From an uncultured Solirubrobacterales bacterium (GTDB lineage Bacteria > Actinomycetota > Thermoleophilia > Solirubrobacterales > JBBDJG01), in NCBI GenBank assembly GCA_963780475.1, contig CAWACB010000001.1, forward strand, positions 5,897 through 69,896: a stretch of DNA of 64,000 bases. Direction: 5' to 3'. The notes beneath the pieces were generated by a model that worked only from the letters and a program-made list of their open reading frames with translations, was not told the origin of the DNA and did no database searches. Each line of letters begins with the position of its first letter. The stretch's first letter is position 1. The position numbers and the translations under genes were made by a program. Positions 1 through 9,445 of this stretch are shown one piece after another.

Positions 1-63
1 GAGACGCTGCGCTGGCCCGAGCCGGTCGACCCCGGCGACGTGCGGCTGCCGGCGCCGGATTGA
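1..63 (+). CDS. 3' end of a CDS entering from the left edge (partial, unknown product)
   Basis: Open frame ETLRWPEPVDPGDVRLPAPD ends in TGA at 61-63, converging on the next gene. Confidence 0.4.
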   Translation, partial: ETLRWPEPVDPGDVRLPAPD

Positions 64-73
64 TTCAGCCCTA

Positions 74-926
74 CTACGGGTCCATCGAGTCCATCGGCGC
101 CTTCCCGGCCGGTTTGTCGCTCATCCGCTCATCCATTCCCATCGCATCCTTCGCCCCCATGGCCTCGGGCGAGTCGGGGATCGTCAGGCCAGGCACACGA
201 TCGGACGCGAACGCGACCGAGGCGGCCAGCACCGCGAGCACAGCGACGATGCCGAGGCTCGCGAGCGAGATCCGGGGCACCAGCTTCTCGATCGCGATCA
301 CCGCCGCGATCAGGACCATCCAGCCGATGCTCATCACCCCGAGGGCGAACAGCGCCGCCATCAGGGCCCAGCAGCACCCCACGCAGAAACCTCCGTGCTC
401 GATCCCGGCCCAAAGGGCTCCGAGTCGCCCCGGCCGCCAGCGCTCGACCAGCAGCCGCGGATCGCGGCAGTGGCGCAGACACGCGGCTTTCACGGGCGTC
501 AGCTCGTAGAGGGCGGCGCCGGCGATCACGCCCCCGGCGACGTAGGGCCCCGCCTCCTCCCACGCGAGAAACCCGGCGTCCAGCGAGCGGACGCCCTCGA
601 TCAGTGCATATGCCGCCAGGCCGGCGGCGACCCATGGGAGCAGGTAGCCGGCGGCAAAGGCAACGGTCGCGACGAAGGGCCGCCCCTCCGCCGGACCCCC
701 TGGCGGCGCTCTCCGCTCGCGCATAGGTCGCCCCCATCGGCACCAGCGACGGGAGCATCATCGCCGCCATCATCGTCGCCCAGACGCCCACGAACCACCC
801 GAGCCCGCCGAGCTCGGTCCCGGGGCCCATGTCCATTCCATCCATCCGATTCGCCGTGACCACCCAGCAGCCGGCGCCGACCGCGATCAGGATGAGCGCT
901 GGCCCGGCCTCACGGATGCCGGGCAC
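74..926 (-). CDS. DUF2182-family metal-binding integral membrane protein (frameshift near 720)
   Basis: WATMMAAMMLPS in ORF 129..926 continues into YELTPVKAACLRHCR and GFCVGCCWALM...GVMSIGWM in ORF 74..724; start uncertain. Confidence 0.8.
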
Positions 927-974
927 GGGGACGGAGCGGCCCGTGGTCGTCGGTCGCCCTCAAGCGCGCCGGCA

Positions 975-1713
975 TCAGTCCGGATACTCGTCCTTGCGCC
1001 AGGCGCGCGGCTCCTCGGGCCCGGGCTTCGGCGTTCGGTCGAGCAGGAACGAGTGGTACGGCGCGACGAATGGATCGGGCGCCGACACGGTGTACGTGTG
1101 GTACACGCTCCCGTTGTCGCGGGCGAAGGCGATGAAGCTCGGGTTTTCGCGCAGGCCGTCCTCGAGCTTGGCTCCGACCTGCCGGCCCCAGTCCTGGAGC
1201 CACTCGGGGGGGTCGCCGATCATTTCCTGGAACTCCGGGATCTCCTTCGCCTGCTCAGGCGTGAAGGCGAGCCCGAAGTCGAAGGGAAACTCCGTCCCAT
1301 AGGTCGAGACATAGGGGAACTGCCAACCCATCCGCTCCTTGTAGGCGTTGAGCCGATCGATCGGCGCGCGCGAGAAGCAGATCGAACGTCACGTCGCGGT
1401 GGTTCAGATGCACGCGCGCGCCGTCGAACTCATCCCCAGGCTCGTGCACCCGGGACAGGCGCCGATCTCGTAATCCGGCCCGAACATGATGTTGTAGGCG
1501 AGTAGCTGCGAGCGCCCGTCGAAGAGGTCGGCGAGCGTCTTCTTCCCGTCCTCGGTGTCGAACTCGTACTCCTTCTCCACCGGAACCCAGGGAAGCTCGC
1601 GCCGCTGCTCGGTCGACCTTCTGGCCGAGCTCTGCGTGCTGGGCCTCGAGCTTCGCAAGCTCATCGCGAGCCGCCTGCCATTCCTCGCGGGTTCCGATCT
1701 TGTGGTCAGGCAT
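975..1713 (-). CDS. DUF899 thioredoxin-like protein (split over several frames by indels)
   Basis: Fragments MPDHKIGTREEWQAAR, RRELPWVPVEKEYEFDTEDGKKTLADLFDGRSQL...GACPGCT and MGWQFPYVS are typical of DUF899; usual neighbour of DUF2182. Confidence 0.85.
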
Positions 1714-1788
1714 CGTTCGCCTCCTTTGGCCGTTCGTCTACTACATAGGACCAATACCCGACTCGAAACTCATCGAGCGGCGCGGCTT

Positions 1789-3189
1789 TTAGGAAATCGG
1801 CGGGCGGCGATCCGCCCAGGGGCGCTCAGCCTCGATCTCGGCCGCCAGCGAGATCAGCGTCGTCTCGTCGTGCGGGCGGCCGATCAGCTGCACCGACAGC
1901 GGCAATCCCGAGGAGCTGAAGCCCGCCGGCACCGCGGCGGCCGGTTGGCCGGTGAGGTTCCACGGCGTCGTGAAGGGGATGTAGCGCGCGACGCCGTTGA
2001 GCGTCCAGATCAATCCGCGGCCCTCCCACTTGCCCACCTTCTCGGCCGGCCGCGCGAGCGTGGGCGTCAGCAGCACGTCGTAGTTCTCGAACACCTGGCC
2101 GATGCGGTGGGCGTGCTTGGCCTCGGCGGCGAGCGCGTGCTTCAGCCGGCGGTCGCTGATCAACCGCCCGGCGCGGATCAGGCTGCGGGTGCGGGACTCG
2201 AGCCGCTCCGCGTGCGGCAGGCGCACGCCGTCGTCGCGCAGGCCGCGCAGGTAGCGGGGCAGGAAGGCCGGCAGCTGCAGCCCCCAGTGCGGGTCCTGCT
2301 CGCGCACGTCGTGCCCGAGCCCGCGCAGCAGGTCGGCGGTCTCGGACACCGCGCGCCGCACCTCCTTGTCGACCGGGCCCGGCTGGGTCGGCTTGGTCGA
2401 CCACGCGATGCGGAGCCGTGCCGGATGGTGCTCCGCGGCCTTCGCGAAAGGCATCACGGGCGCCACGGCCGCGTGGGCGTCGCCCTCCGCCGGTCCGCTC
2501 ACCGCGTCGAGGAACAGGCCCGTGTCGCGCACCGTGCGGGAGACGCAGCCGGCGACCGACAGGCCGTACCAGTGCTGCGGATCCGGCATCAGCGAGATAC
2601 GGCCGCGCTGAGGCTTGAGCCCGAAGAGGCCGCAGTTGGCCGCCGGGATCCTGATCGAGCCGCCGCCATCGCTCGCGTGCCCGATTCCGATCATCCCGCT
2701 CGCCACCGCGGCCGCCGACCCGCCGCTCGAGCCACCGGGGGAGCGGCTCGGATCCCATGGATTGCGCGTCGCGCCGAAGGTCAGCGACTCCGTGAAGGGC
2801 CACGCGGCGAGCTCCGGCAGGAGCGTCTTGCCGATCACGATCGCGCCCGCATCGCGCAGGCGGCGGACGATCTCGGAGTCCTCGGTCGCCGGGCCCCAGT
2901 GGGCCGCCGTGCCGTGCGTCGTGACCTCCCCGGCGACGTCCACGTTGTCCTTCACCGCGACCGGTACGCCGAGCAGCGGCCGGTCGTCGTTCGCCCCCAG
3001 CCGCCCGAACGCCTGGTCGGCTTCGGTGAGGGCCCGTTCGGCGAACACCACGCGGAAGGCGTTCAGCTCACCGTCGAGCCGCTCGATCCGCTCCAGATAC
3101 AGCTCCACCAGCTCGCGCGGAGACAGCTCGCGGGCGCGCAGCATCTCGGCCTGCCGCGCGACTCCGGCGAAGGCGACGTCGTCGCTCAT
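1789..3189 (-). CDS. Amidase signature family protein
   Basis: [23 protein letters not shown] and [11 protein letters not shown] motifs. Confidence 0.95.
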   Translation of the reverse strand: MSDDVAFAGVARQAEMLRARELSPRELVELYLERIERLDGELNAFRVVFAERALTEADQAFGRLGANDDRPLLGVPVAVKDNVDVAGEVTTHGTAAHWGPATEDSEIVRRLRDAGAIVIGKTLLPELAAWPFTESLTFGATRNPWDPSRSPGGSSGGSAAAVASGMIGIGHASDGGGSIRIPAANCGLFGLKPQRGRISLMPDPQHWYGLSVAGCVSRTVRDTGLFLDAVSGPAEGDAHAAVAPVMPFAKAAEHHPARLRIAWSTKPTQPGPVDKEVRRAVSETADLLRGLGHDVREQDPHWGLQLPAFLPRYLRGLRDDGVRLPHAERLESRTRSLIRAGRLISDRRLKHALAAEAKHAHRIGQVFENYDVLLTPTLARPAEKVGKWEGRGLIWTLNGVARYIPFTTPWNLTGQPAAAVPAGFSSSGLPLSVQLIGRPHDETTLISLAAEIEAERPWADRRPPIS

Positions 3190-4382
3190 CCGGAGGGCTG
3201 GCGCAATCCGGCCGCGAGCTCCTCATAGACGGCGTGCGTCTGCTCCGCCACGTCCGCCCAGTCGAAGCTGCGCACGTGCTCGGTGGCCTCGGCCACCAGC
3301 CGCTGCCCCAGCTCGTCGTCGGAGAGCACCCGCACGGCCAGCTCGGCGAGCGACTCGGGGTCGCGCGCGCGGAAGCGCAGCCCGGCCTCCTCGTGGGGAA
3401 CGACCTCACGCAAGCCGCCGGTGTCGGCGACCAGGCACGGGCAGCCGGAGGCCATCGCCTCCAGCGCCACGAGCCCGAACGGCTCATAGATGGACGGGAC
3501 CACGGTCAGGTCGGCGATCCGGTAGAGCGTGTGCAGGACGTCGTCGCCGATCCAGCCCATGAAGGCGCCGTGGCCGTCGAGGCCCAGCTCCGTCGCCTGG
3601 GCGCGCAGCTCCTCCTCGTGCGTGCCCGAGCCGGCGACCAGGAACCGCACGTTCCCGATCTCCTGGATCACCTTCGGCATCGCCGCGAGCGCGACCTGGA
3701 ATCCCTTCTCGTAGACCAGCCGGCCCACCAGCAGCACGAGCTTCTCGTGGGGTGCGGCGAAGTTGCGGCGCAGCTCGAGCATCTGCGCGTCGTCCCAGGG
3801 CTGCAGGTCCGCGGGGTCGATCCCGTTCGGGATCACCGTCACCGCCTCCTCCTCGATGCCGAACACGTCGCAGATGTGGTCGCGCATGTAGGCCGAGCAG
3901 GCGATCACGCGCTCGGCGCGGTTCGTGATCCAGCGCTCGATGCTGTGGATGTGGCTCTGGGGATGGGTCTCCACCCAGCCCTGGTGGCGCCCGAACTCGG
4001 TCGCGTGGATCGTCACGACCAGCGGCACGCCGAAGCGCTTCGCGAGGTGATCGCCGGCGACCGCGACGAGCCAGTCGTGGCAGTGGACCAGGTCGAAGTC
4101 GAAGCGGTCGCCGAGGTCGACGCCCGCGGCCAGCATGTCCGTGTTCATGTGCTCGACCCAGGCGATGAACTCGGTCAGCTCGGCCGGGCGCAACGGCTCC
4201 AGCACCCGGTGCAGGTGCACTCCGTCGGCGATCTCCTCCTGCGGCGACTCCTCGCGCCCGCGGGCCAGGACGTGTACCTCCACCCCCTGGTCGGCGAGGT
4301 TCTCCGCCAGCTTTTTCACGTGGCGCGCGAGGCCTCCCTCGATCAGGGGCGGGTATTCCCAGGAGAGGATCAGGACGCGCAT
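3186..4382 (-). CDS. Glycosyltransferase family 4, Rv3032-like alpha-1,4-glucosyltransferase
   Basis: [40 protein letters not shown] and [13 protein letters not shown] motifs; overlaps the GH57 gene. Confidence 0.9.
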   Translation of the reverse strand: MRVLILSWEYPPLIEGGLARHVKKLAENLADQGVEVHVLARGREESPQEEIADGVHLHRVLEPLRPAELTEFIAWVEHMNTDMLAAGVDLGDRFDFDLVHCHDWLVAVAGDHLAKRFGVPLVVTIHATEFGRHQGWVETHPQSHIHSIERWITNRAERVIACSAYMRDHICDVFGIEEEAVTVIPNGIDPADLQPWDDAQMLELRRNFAAPHEKLVLLVGRLVYEKGFQVALAAMPKVIQEIGNVRFLVAGSGTHEEELRAQATELGLDGHGAFMGWIGDDVLHTLYRIADLTVVPSIYEPFGLVALEAMASGCPCLVADTGGLREVVPHEEAGLRFRARDPESLAELAVRVLSDDELGQRLVAEATEHVRSFDWADVAEQTHAVYEELAAGLRQPSG

Positions 4383-5989
4383 CAGACCGCGACCGGCTCC
4401 GGCGACTCGGTCACCGGGACGGCAGCGCCCAGGCGCTCCGTGCTCCGGCCCCAGGAGCCGGGCGGACCAGCGAGCGCCGCCAGCCGAAGATGCGGGGCGA
4501 GGCCACGCACGCGGCGCTCGGCAGCAGCATCGCGATCGGGAGTCGCCGGCGGGCCAGGCATCGCGCGAGAGTCTTTCACGGTGCGCTCCAGAGCGGCGCT
4601 CGCCTGCTCGAAGGCCTCCCAGTGCCCGCGCACGCGCTGGTCCGGGTAGTCCGCGGCGAGCTGGCGGTGCCGGATGAACGCCCAGTCGCTCGACTGGAGG
4701 ACGAGCAGCTCGCGGGCGGCGCGCTCGGCGAACGGGAGCGCGGCGGGCGGCAGCGGCCCGGTGCCCACGGCCGAGACGAGCCGCAGCTCCGCGGTCCGCT
4801 GGAGGCCGGCATATTCCGCCACCTCAGGGGAGTCCCAGGTGCGCATGTCCTTGCCGGCGCCCCAGGTGGACGGAACCAGCGGCCGGGCGACCGGGTCGTG
4901 GTGCTCCAGAGCGGACGGCAGCGTCGCGAGCCCGATGCCCGCCGCGGCCGCCTGGTCGAGCACCGACTCGAGCCACCCCAGCCCCTCGTACCACCAGTGC
5001 CCGAGCAGCTCGGTGTCGATCGCGAACACCAGCAGGCCGCGGCGGCCGCGCTCGGCGCGGTAGCGCCGCAGCCTTTCCGCGATCGCCGCGACGAACTCGC
5101 CGGCGTGCGCAGCGACCCGCTCCGCTGCCCGATCGGCGTCGTAGGGGCGACCGTCGTTCGCCCACGCGCGCATTCCGTTCAGCGTGTGGTGGTGGTAGTC
5201 GCGGTAAGCACCGTCGGTGGGATACCCGTGGTCGCTCCAGACCAGCTCGATCGTGCCCCAGTCGATCGGCACGGCGACCGGGCCCGATGGGGTCAGCACC
5301 GGCTCCAGCCGGTCGAGCGCGTCGCCATCGGCCGGCTGGTGGACGCAGAACGCACCCGTGCCGTGGGCCGCGAGCGTGTCCTCGCAGCCGGGCCGGTAGG
5401 CGCACTCCGGCAGCCACAGGCCGCCGTCCCACCCGCCGAACCGGGCGCGGTGGGCGGCGATTCCGGTCCCGAGCTGGAGCGCCGCGCCCTGGCCGGTCGC
5501 GACCAATGGCAGCACCGCGTGCGTGGCGGCCGAGGTCCAGAGCGAGACCGCGCCCGCGGCCTGGAGGTCGCGTAGCGCGCCGAGCAGACCGCCCTCCATC
5601 GCCTCGAAGTCATCCGCGGCGCGCTCGTAGTCGAGCCCGCCCGCCCGCAGCGCGGCGGCGACCGCGTGCTGCTCGTCGGCCTCCAGCCCGGCGGCGTCCT
5701 GGCGGTGGCACTCGCGGCGCACGTCGCGCATGAAGGCGAGGAACCGCTCGCCCACCTCGGGGAGCGCCAGCTGGTCCGCGAGGACCGGCGTGACGCCGAT
5801 CGTGAGCGGCGTCTCCTCCCCGCGCTCGACGCGCCGCTGCAGCATCCGCGCGAGCGGCACGTAGGAGGCGGCCATCGCCTCCAGCAGCCACTCCTCGCCG
5901 AACGGCCAAGTGCCGAAGCCCTCGACGTAGGGCATGTGGCTGTGCAGGACGATGCAGAGGTCGCCGTCGCCGGCGCCGGCGGCGCTCAC
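4382..5989 (-). CDS. GH57 1,4-alpha-glucan branching enzyme (DUF1957, Rv3031-like)
   Basis: VLHSHMPYV, GEEWL, WLPECAY (nucleophile region), DTELLGHWWYEG (acid/base region), ARELLVLQSSDWAF. Confidence 0.92.
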   Translation of the reverse strand: MSAAGAGDGDLCIVLHSHMPYVEGFGTWPFGEEWLLEAMAASYVPLARMLQRRVERGEETPLTIGVTPVLADQLALPEVGERFLAFMRDVRRECHRQDAAGLEADEQHAVAAALRAGGLDYERAADDFEAMEGGLLGALRDLQAAGAVSLWTSAATHAVLPLVATGQGAALQLGTGIAAHRARFGGWDGGLWLPECAYRPGCEDTLAAHGTGAFCVHQPADGDALDRLEPVLTPSGPVAVPIDWGTIELVWSDHGYPTDGAYRDYHHHTLNGMRAWANDGRPYDADRAAERVAAHAGEFVAAIAERLRRYRAERGRRGLLVFAIDTELLGHWWYEGLGWLESVLDQAAAAGIGLATLPSALEHHDPVARPLVPSTWGAGKDMRTWDSPEVAEYAGLQRTAELRLVSAVGTGPLPPAALPFAERAARELLVLQSSDWAFIRHRQLAADYPDQRVRGHWEAFEQASAALERTVKDSRAMPGPPATPDRDAAAERRVRGLAPHLRLAALAGPPGSWGRSTERLGAAVPVTESPEPVAV

Positions 5990-6753
5990 GGGCGGCAGAC
6001 CGCGAGGAAGTCGAGCGCCCCGTCGAGGCCGTCTTCCCGCAGGGCGAAGTCGCGCTCGCTGATCGCGGGCACGAACCGGTCGTAGAAGGGCCTCGTGAGG
6101 CCGAGCGCGGGATGCACGCGGTCCCAGCCGAGCCGCAGCGCCAGCTCGTGGGCGCGCAGCCGGCGGGCGTGGAAGAGGCCCATCAGCGTGACCTCCGAGA
6201 AGTGGGGCGCGAGCAGCTCCTGGTACTCGGCGGCCGTGTACTCACGCACGTGCCAGGGGTTGCCCGAGCGCTCGGCTCCCGGCGGCGCGAGGGTCAGCCT
6301 GTTGGGCGTGCTGATGTAGGCGGTCCCGCCCGGGACGAGGAGGCTCGCGTAGCGCTCCAGGAGCGCTCCCGGCTCGGTCACGTGCTCGATCGTCTGCAGG
6401 AAGACGATCGCGTCCCACGGGGCGCCGTCTTCGAACTGCTCCACCAGGTCTCGCTCGAAGCGCAGGTTGGCCGCCGTGTAGCGCAGGCGCGCGTGCTCGT
6501 GTGCCTCGGGGTTCGCATCGACGCCCACGACGTCGGCCGCCCGCTCCGCCAGCAGCGCCGAGCCGTAGCCCTCGCCGCACGCCATGTCGACCACCCGGCG
6601 GCCCGCGCAGCGCTCGGCGATCCACCGGTAGACCGCCACGTGGCGGCGATACCAGTAGTTCTCCTCGGGGACGTCGGGCAGCGTGCGCTCGCCCGTCAGC
6701 TCGAGCGGCGGCACGCCCGGAGGCTGGTTCCGCTGTAGGTAAGCCCCGGACAT
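5986..6753 (-). CDS. Class I SAM methyltransferase, Rv3030-like glucan O-methyltransferase
   Basis: LTGERTLPDVPEENYWYRRH, DMACGEGYG, FLQTIEH, STPNR and NPWHVRE; ATG at 6753 preferred because it avoids overlap with the divergent gene. Confidence 0.88.
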   Translation of the reverse strand: MSGAYLQRNQPPGVPPLELTGERTLPDVPEENYWYRRHVAVYRWIAERCAGRRVVDMACGEGYGSALLAERAADVVGVDANPEAHEHARLRYTAANLRFERDLVEQFEDGAPWDAIVFLQTIEHVTEPGALLERYASLLVPGGTAYISTPNRLTLAPPGAERSGNPWHVREYTAAEYQELLAPHFSEVTLMGLFHARRLRAHELALRLGWDRVHPALGLTRPFYDRFVPAISERDFALREDGLDGALDFLAVCRP

Positions 6754-6781
6754 CCGGCTGGTGAATATATTGCGCCCCCGC

Positions 6782-7709
6782 ATGGCGCTGACCAATCCGA
6801 ACCTCACGACGGAGCAGATCCGCGACGTAAACGTGCGCTACCACGACGCCGCGGCCGAGTCGTACGACTGCAAGTGGGCGATCGACTACGGGCCCGTGGG
6901 AGCGCGCCAGGTGCTCATGAAGCTGGGCAAGGCGCTCGGGGAGGAGCCAGGGCGCTACCCCCGCGCGCTCGAGATCGGCGCCGGCACGGGCTACTTCACG
7001 ATCAACCTGTTGCGGCAGGGAGTCATCGAGCAGGGGACGGCGACGGACATCTCCCCCGGCATGCTGCGCCGGCTGGAGGCGACGGCTGACGAGCTCGGGC
7101 TCGAAATCGAGACGACGCGCGCCGACGCCGAGCACCTGCCGTTCGCCGACGGCTCGTTCGACCTCGTGTTCGGCCACGCCGTGCTGCACCACGTGCCCAA
7201 CCTCGGGGTCGCGATGGCCGAGTTTCGCCGCGTGCTGGCGCCCGGCGGCACGCTCGCGTTCATGGGAGAGCCCTCGCGCCACGGAGACCGGCTCGCGATC
7301 GCGCCCAAGCGGGTCGGAGCGATCACCGCGCCGGTCTGGCGGCGGCTCATCGGTGCCCGCCCGCGAGTGCATGCGCCGCCCCAGGACGACGCCGAGCGAG
7401 ACGGCAGCTGGGAGCTGGAGCGCCTGGTCGACGCCCACACCTTCTCCCCCGACGAGCTGGCCGGCCTGGCCCGCGCCGCCGGCTTCGAGGACGTCCGCGT
7501 GTCGGGCGAGGAGCTGGTCGCCAACGGCTACGGCTGGCTGCTGCGCGCGCTCGAGTCGCGCGTGGAGCCGGACAGCGTCCCCGTCGAGCTGGCACAAGTT
7601 CGCCTTCCGCAGCTACCTCGCGCTGCAGCGCCTCGACTCCGCGCTGCTGGAGCCGCGCCTCCCGGCGAGCCTGTTCTACAACCTGCTGCTGTCGGGGCGC
7701 AAGCCGTAG
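6782..7709 (+). CDS. Class I SAM methyltransferase, Rv3038c-like (frameshift near 7585)
   Basis: YHDAAAESYDCKWAIDY, LEIGAGTGYF, GHAVLHH and VDAHTF; the C-terminus WHKFAFRSYLAL...FYNLLLSGRKP is in frame 7353..7709. Confidence 0.85.
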
Positions 7710-7792
7710 GAGGTGTGCGCATTTCTAGCGTCCCGGGTGCGTCTCCTAAGCGTTTCGTTCCGCCGGCGTTGGTGGCTCGGGCCGTTCGGCAG

Positions 7793-7961
7793 CGAGTGGC
7801 GATTTGGGTACTCCACGGGGTACCTAAATCGTCAGTCGAGCACCGGGCTTCGCCGACTGCCGAGTTAGGTGGGCTATAGACCCCACAACTCGTCGGCCGA
7901 GGGTGGCGGCATCGTCGACTGATGAATTTTCCACGCTATGGCGTGGAAAATGCGCCAGTCG
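7793..7961. repeat. Array of three 46-bp imperfect palindromes, period 61-62 bp
   Basis: Units 7793-7838, 7854-7899 and 7916-7961; ends approximate CGACTG...CAGTCG; centres CCACGG, CTATAG and CTATGG; arms self-complementary but different between units. Confidence 0.8.
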
Positions 7962-8108
7962 AGCGGCGGGGAAGGACAGAGACGTAGCGAAGGTCACGGC
8001 GGCGTCACAAGCACCGCCGACGCCGCACTCCTACTGCTGGTTTTCGAGCTTCCGCGCGCGGAGCCTCTGTGCCGGAGTCGCGGCAACGCTCGCGCGGCTT
8101 AAGTCTGC

Positions 8109-8153
8109 CGAGACTGACGTTAGCCGTGTATATCCCGGTTAACGTCGCTTTCG
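8109..8153. repeat. 45-bp palindrome, homologous to 33795-33839
   Basis: GACGTTAGCCG...CGGTTAACGTC; the reverse complement shares GACGTTAACCGGGATAT with the 33.8 kb copy. Confidence 0.8.
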
Positions 8154-8160
8154 ATAGGTC

Positions 8161-8799
8161 TTAGTCCGGCTCGCGGGCGGCGGCTACTTCGCGCACCAGC
8201 TCGACGATGTGCTCCGGCGCCTTCTCGGGGGAGCCCGCGTCGAACGGCGGCTGCGGGTCGTATTCGATTCCCAGCTGGATCGCCTGCGCGACCTCGTCGC
8301 CTGCTTCGAGCGCCGCCAGTCGCAGCGCCATGTCGATCCCGGAGGAGACGCCCGCGGCGGTGATGATCTTGCCCTGCCGTACCACCCGTTCGCCGGTGGG
8401 CACGGCGCCCAGCCCACCGAGCCGGTCCATCTGGAGCCAGTGGCCGGTCGCCGGCAGCCCGTCGAGCAGGCCGGCGGCGGCCAGCACCAGCGAGCCGGTG
8501 CAGACGGAGGTCGTCCAGCGCGTGCGCTCGTGCACCGACCGGACCCAATCCAGGACCTCCTCGTCCTTCAGCAGCGCCCGCGTCCCCGTGCCGCCCGGGA
8601 CGAGCAGGATCTCCGGATCGGTCACCTCGTCGAGGGCGTGGTCGGCGAAGAGCCGCAGCGGGCCGGTCTCGGTCTGCACGGGCCCGCGCTCCTTCCCGGT
8701 GTAGTGCAGCTCGGCGCCCGGCAGGCGGTGGAGCACCTCGGAAGGCCCGACGGCATCCAGCGCCGTGAGCCCGTCGAATACAAGGACGGCGATCTTCAT
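8161..8799 (-). CDS. DJ-1/PfpI family protein (isonitrile hydratase-like)
   Basis: LDAVGP, VPGG, SVCTGS nucleophile elbow, TAAGVSSGID and EYDPQPPF. Confidence 0.92.
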   Translation of the reverse strand: MKIAVLVFDGLTALDAVGPSEVLHRLPGAELHYTGKERGPVQTETGPLRLFADHALDEVTDPEILLVPGGTGTRALLKDEEVLDWVRSVHERTRWTTSVCTGSLVLAAAGLLDGLPATGHWLQMDRLGGLGAVPTGERVVRQGKIITAAGVSSGIDMALRLAALEAGDEVAQAIQLGIEYDPQPPFDAGSPEKAPEHIVELVREVAAAREPD

Positions 8800-8818
8800 G
8801 GACCTACACTAAATCCCT

Positions 8819-9445
8819 ATGGGGAGTCCGGAGCTGACAGATTTCCCACTTTTCCCGCTTCCGGTGGTGCTGCTACCGAGCGAGGTCGTGCCGCTCCACA
8901 TCTTCGAGGAGCGGTACAAGTCGATGATCGAAGAGTGCCTGGACGACGGGGGCGAGTTCGGCATCGTCTGGCTCGCCGACGACGGCCTGAAGGACATCGG
9001 GTGCACGGCGAAGGTCGCCGAGGTGCTGGAGCGCATGGAGGACGGCCGCATGAACATCCTCGTCCGCGGCTCGAGCCCGTTCCGGCTGCTGCGCCGCCAG
9101 GAGGACCACGTCTACCCGGCGGGGACGATCGAGCTGCTCGACGACGGCCCCGGAGAGGACGAGCGCGCTGGTGGCGAGGCGCGCGAGGGCTATGCGGACC
9201 TGCTCGAGCAGATCACCGACGAGCGGCCGGAGGAAGCCGCGCTCGCCGAGCTGAGCGCCTACGAGATGGCGGCCAGCGTCGACATCGACCTGCCAATCAA
9301 GCAGGGCCTGCTGGAACTGCGCACCGAGGGTGAACGGCTGAAGCTGCTGGCAAAGCTCTTCCGCGAAGGGATCAAGCGGCTCGAGGCGGCCCAGAAGATA
9401 TCCGAGCGCGCGCAGAAGAACGGGCGCGTGTCGATCGACGAGTAG
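8819..9445 (+). CDS. Stand-alone LON peptidase substrate-binding (N-terminal) domain protein
   Basis: PLFPLPVVLLP, PLHIFEERY and FGIV; no AAA or protease domain. Confidence 0.88.
   Translation: MGSPELTDFPLFPLPVVLLPSEVVPLHIFEERYKSMIEECLDDGGEFGIVWLADDGLKDIGCTAKVAEVLERMEDGRMNILVRGSSPFRLLRRQEDHVYPAGTIELLDDGPGEDERAGGEAREGYADLLEQITDERPEEAALAELSAYEMAASVDIDLPIKQGLLELRTEGERLKLLAKLFREGIKRLEAAQKISERAQKNGRVSIDE

Noticed and set aside
7793-7961. Palindrome array as a CRISPR array or integron
   Set aside because: Repeats are not identical, linkers are only 15-16 bp, and there are no cas genes, integrase or cassette ORFs. Kept as a separate finding.
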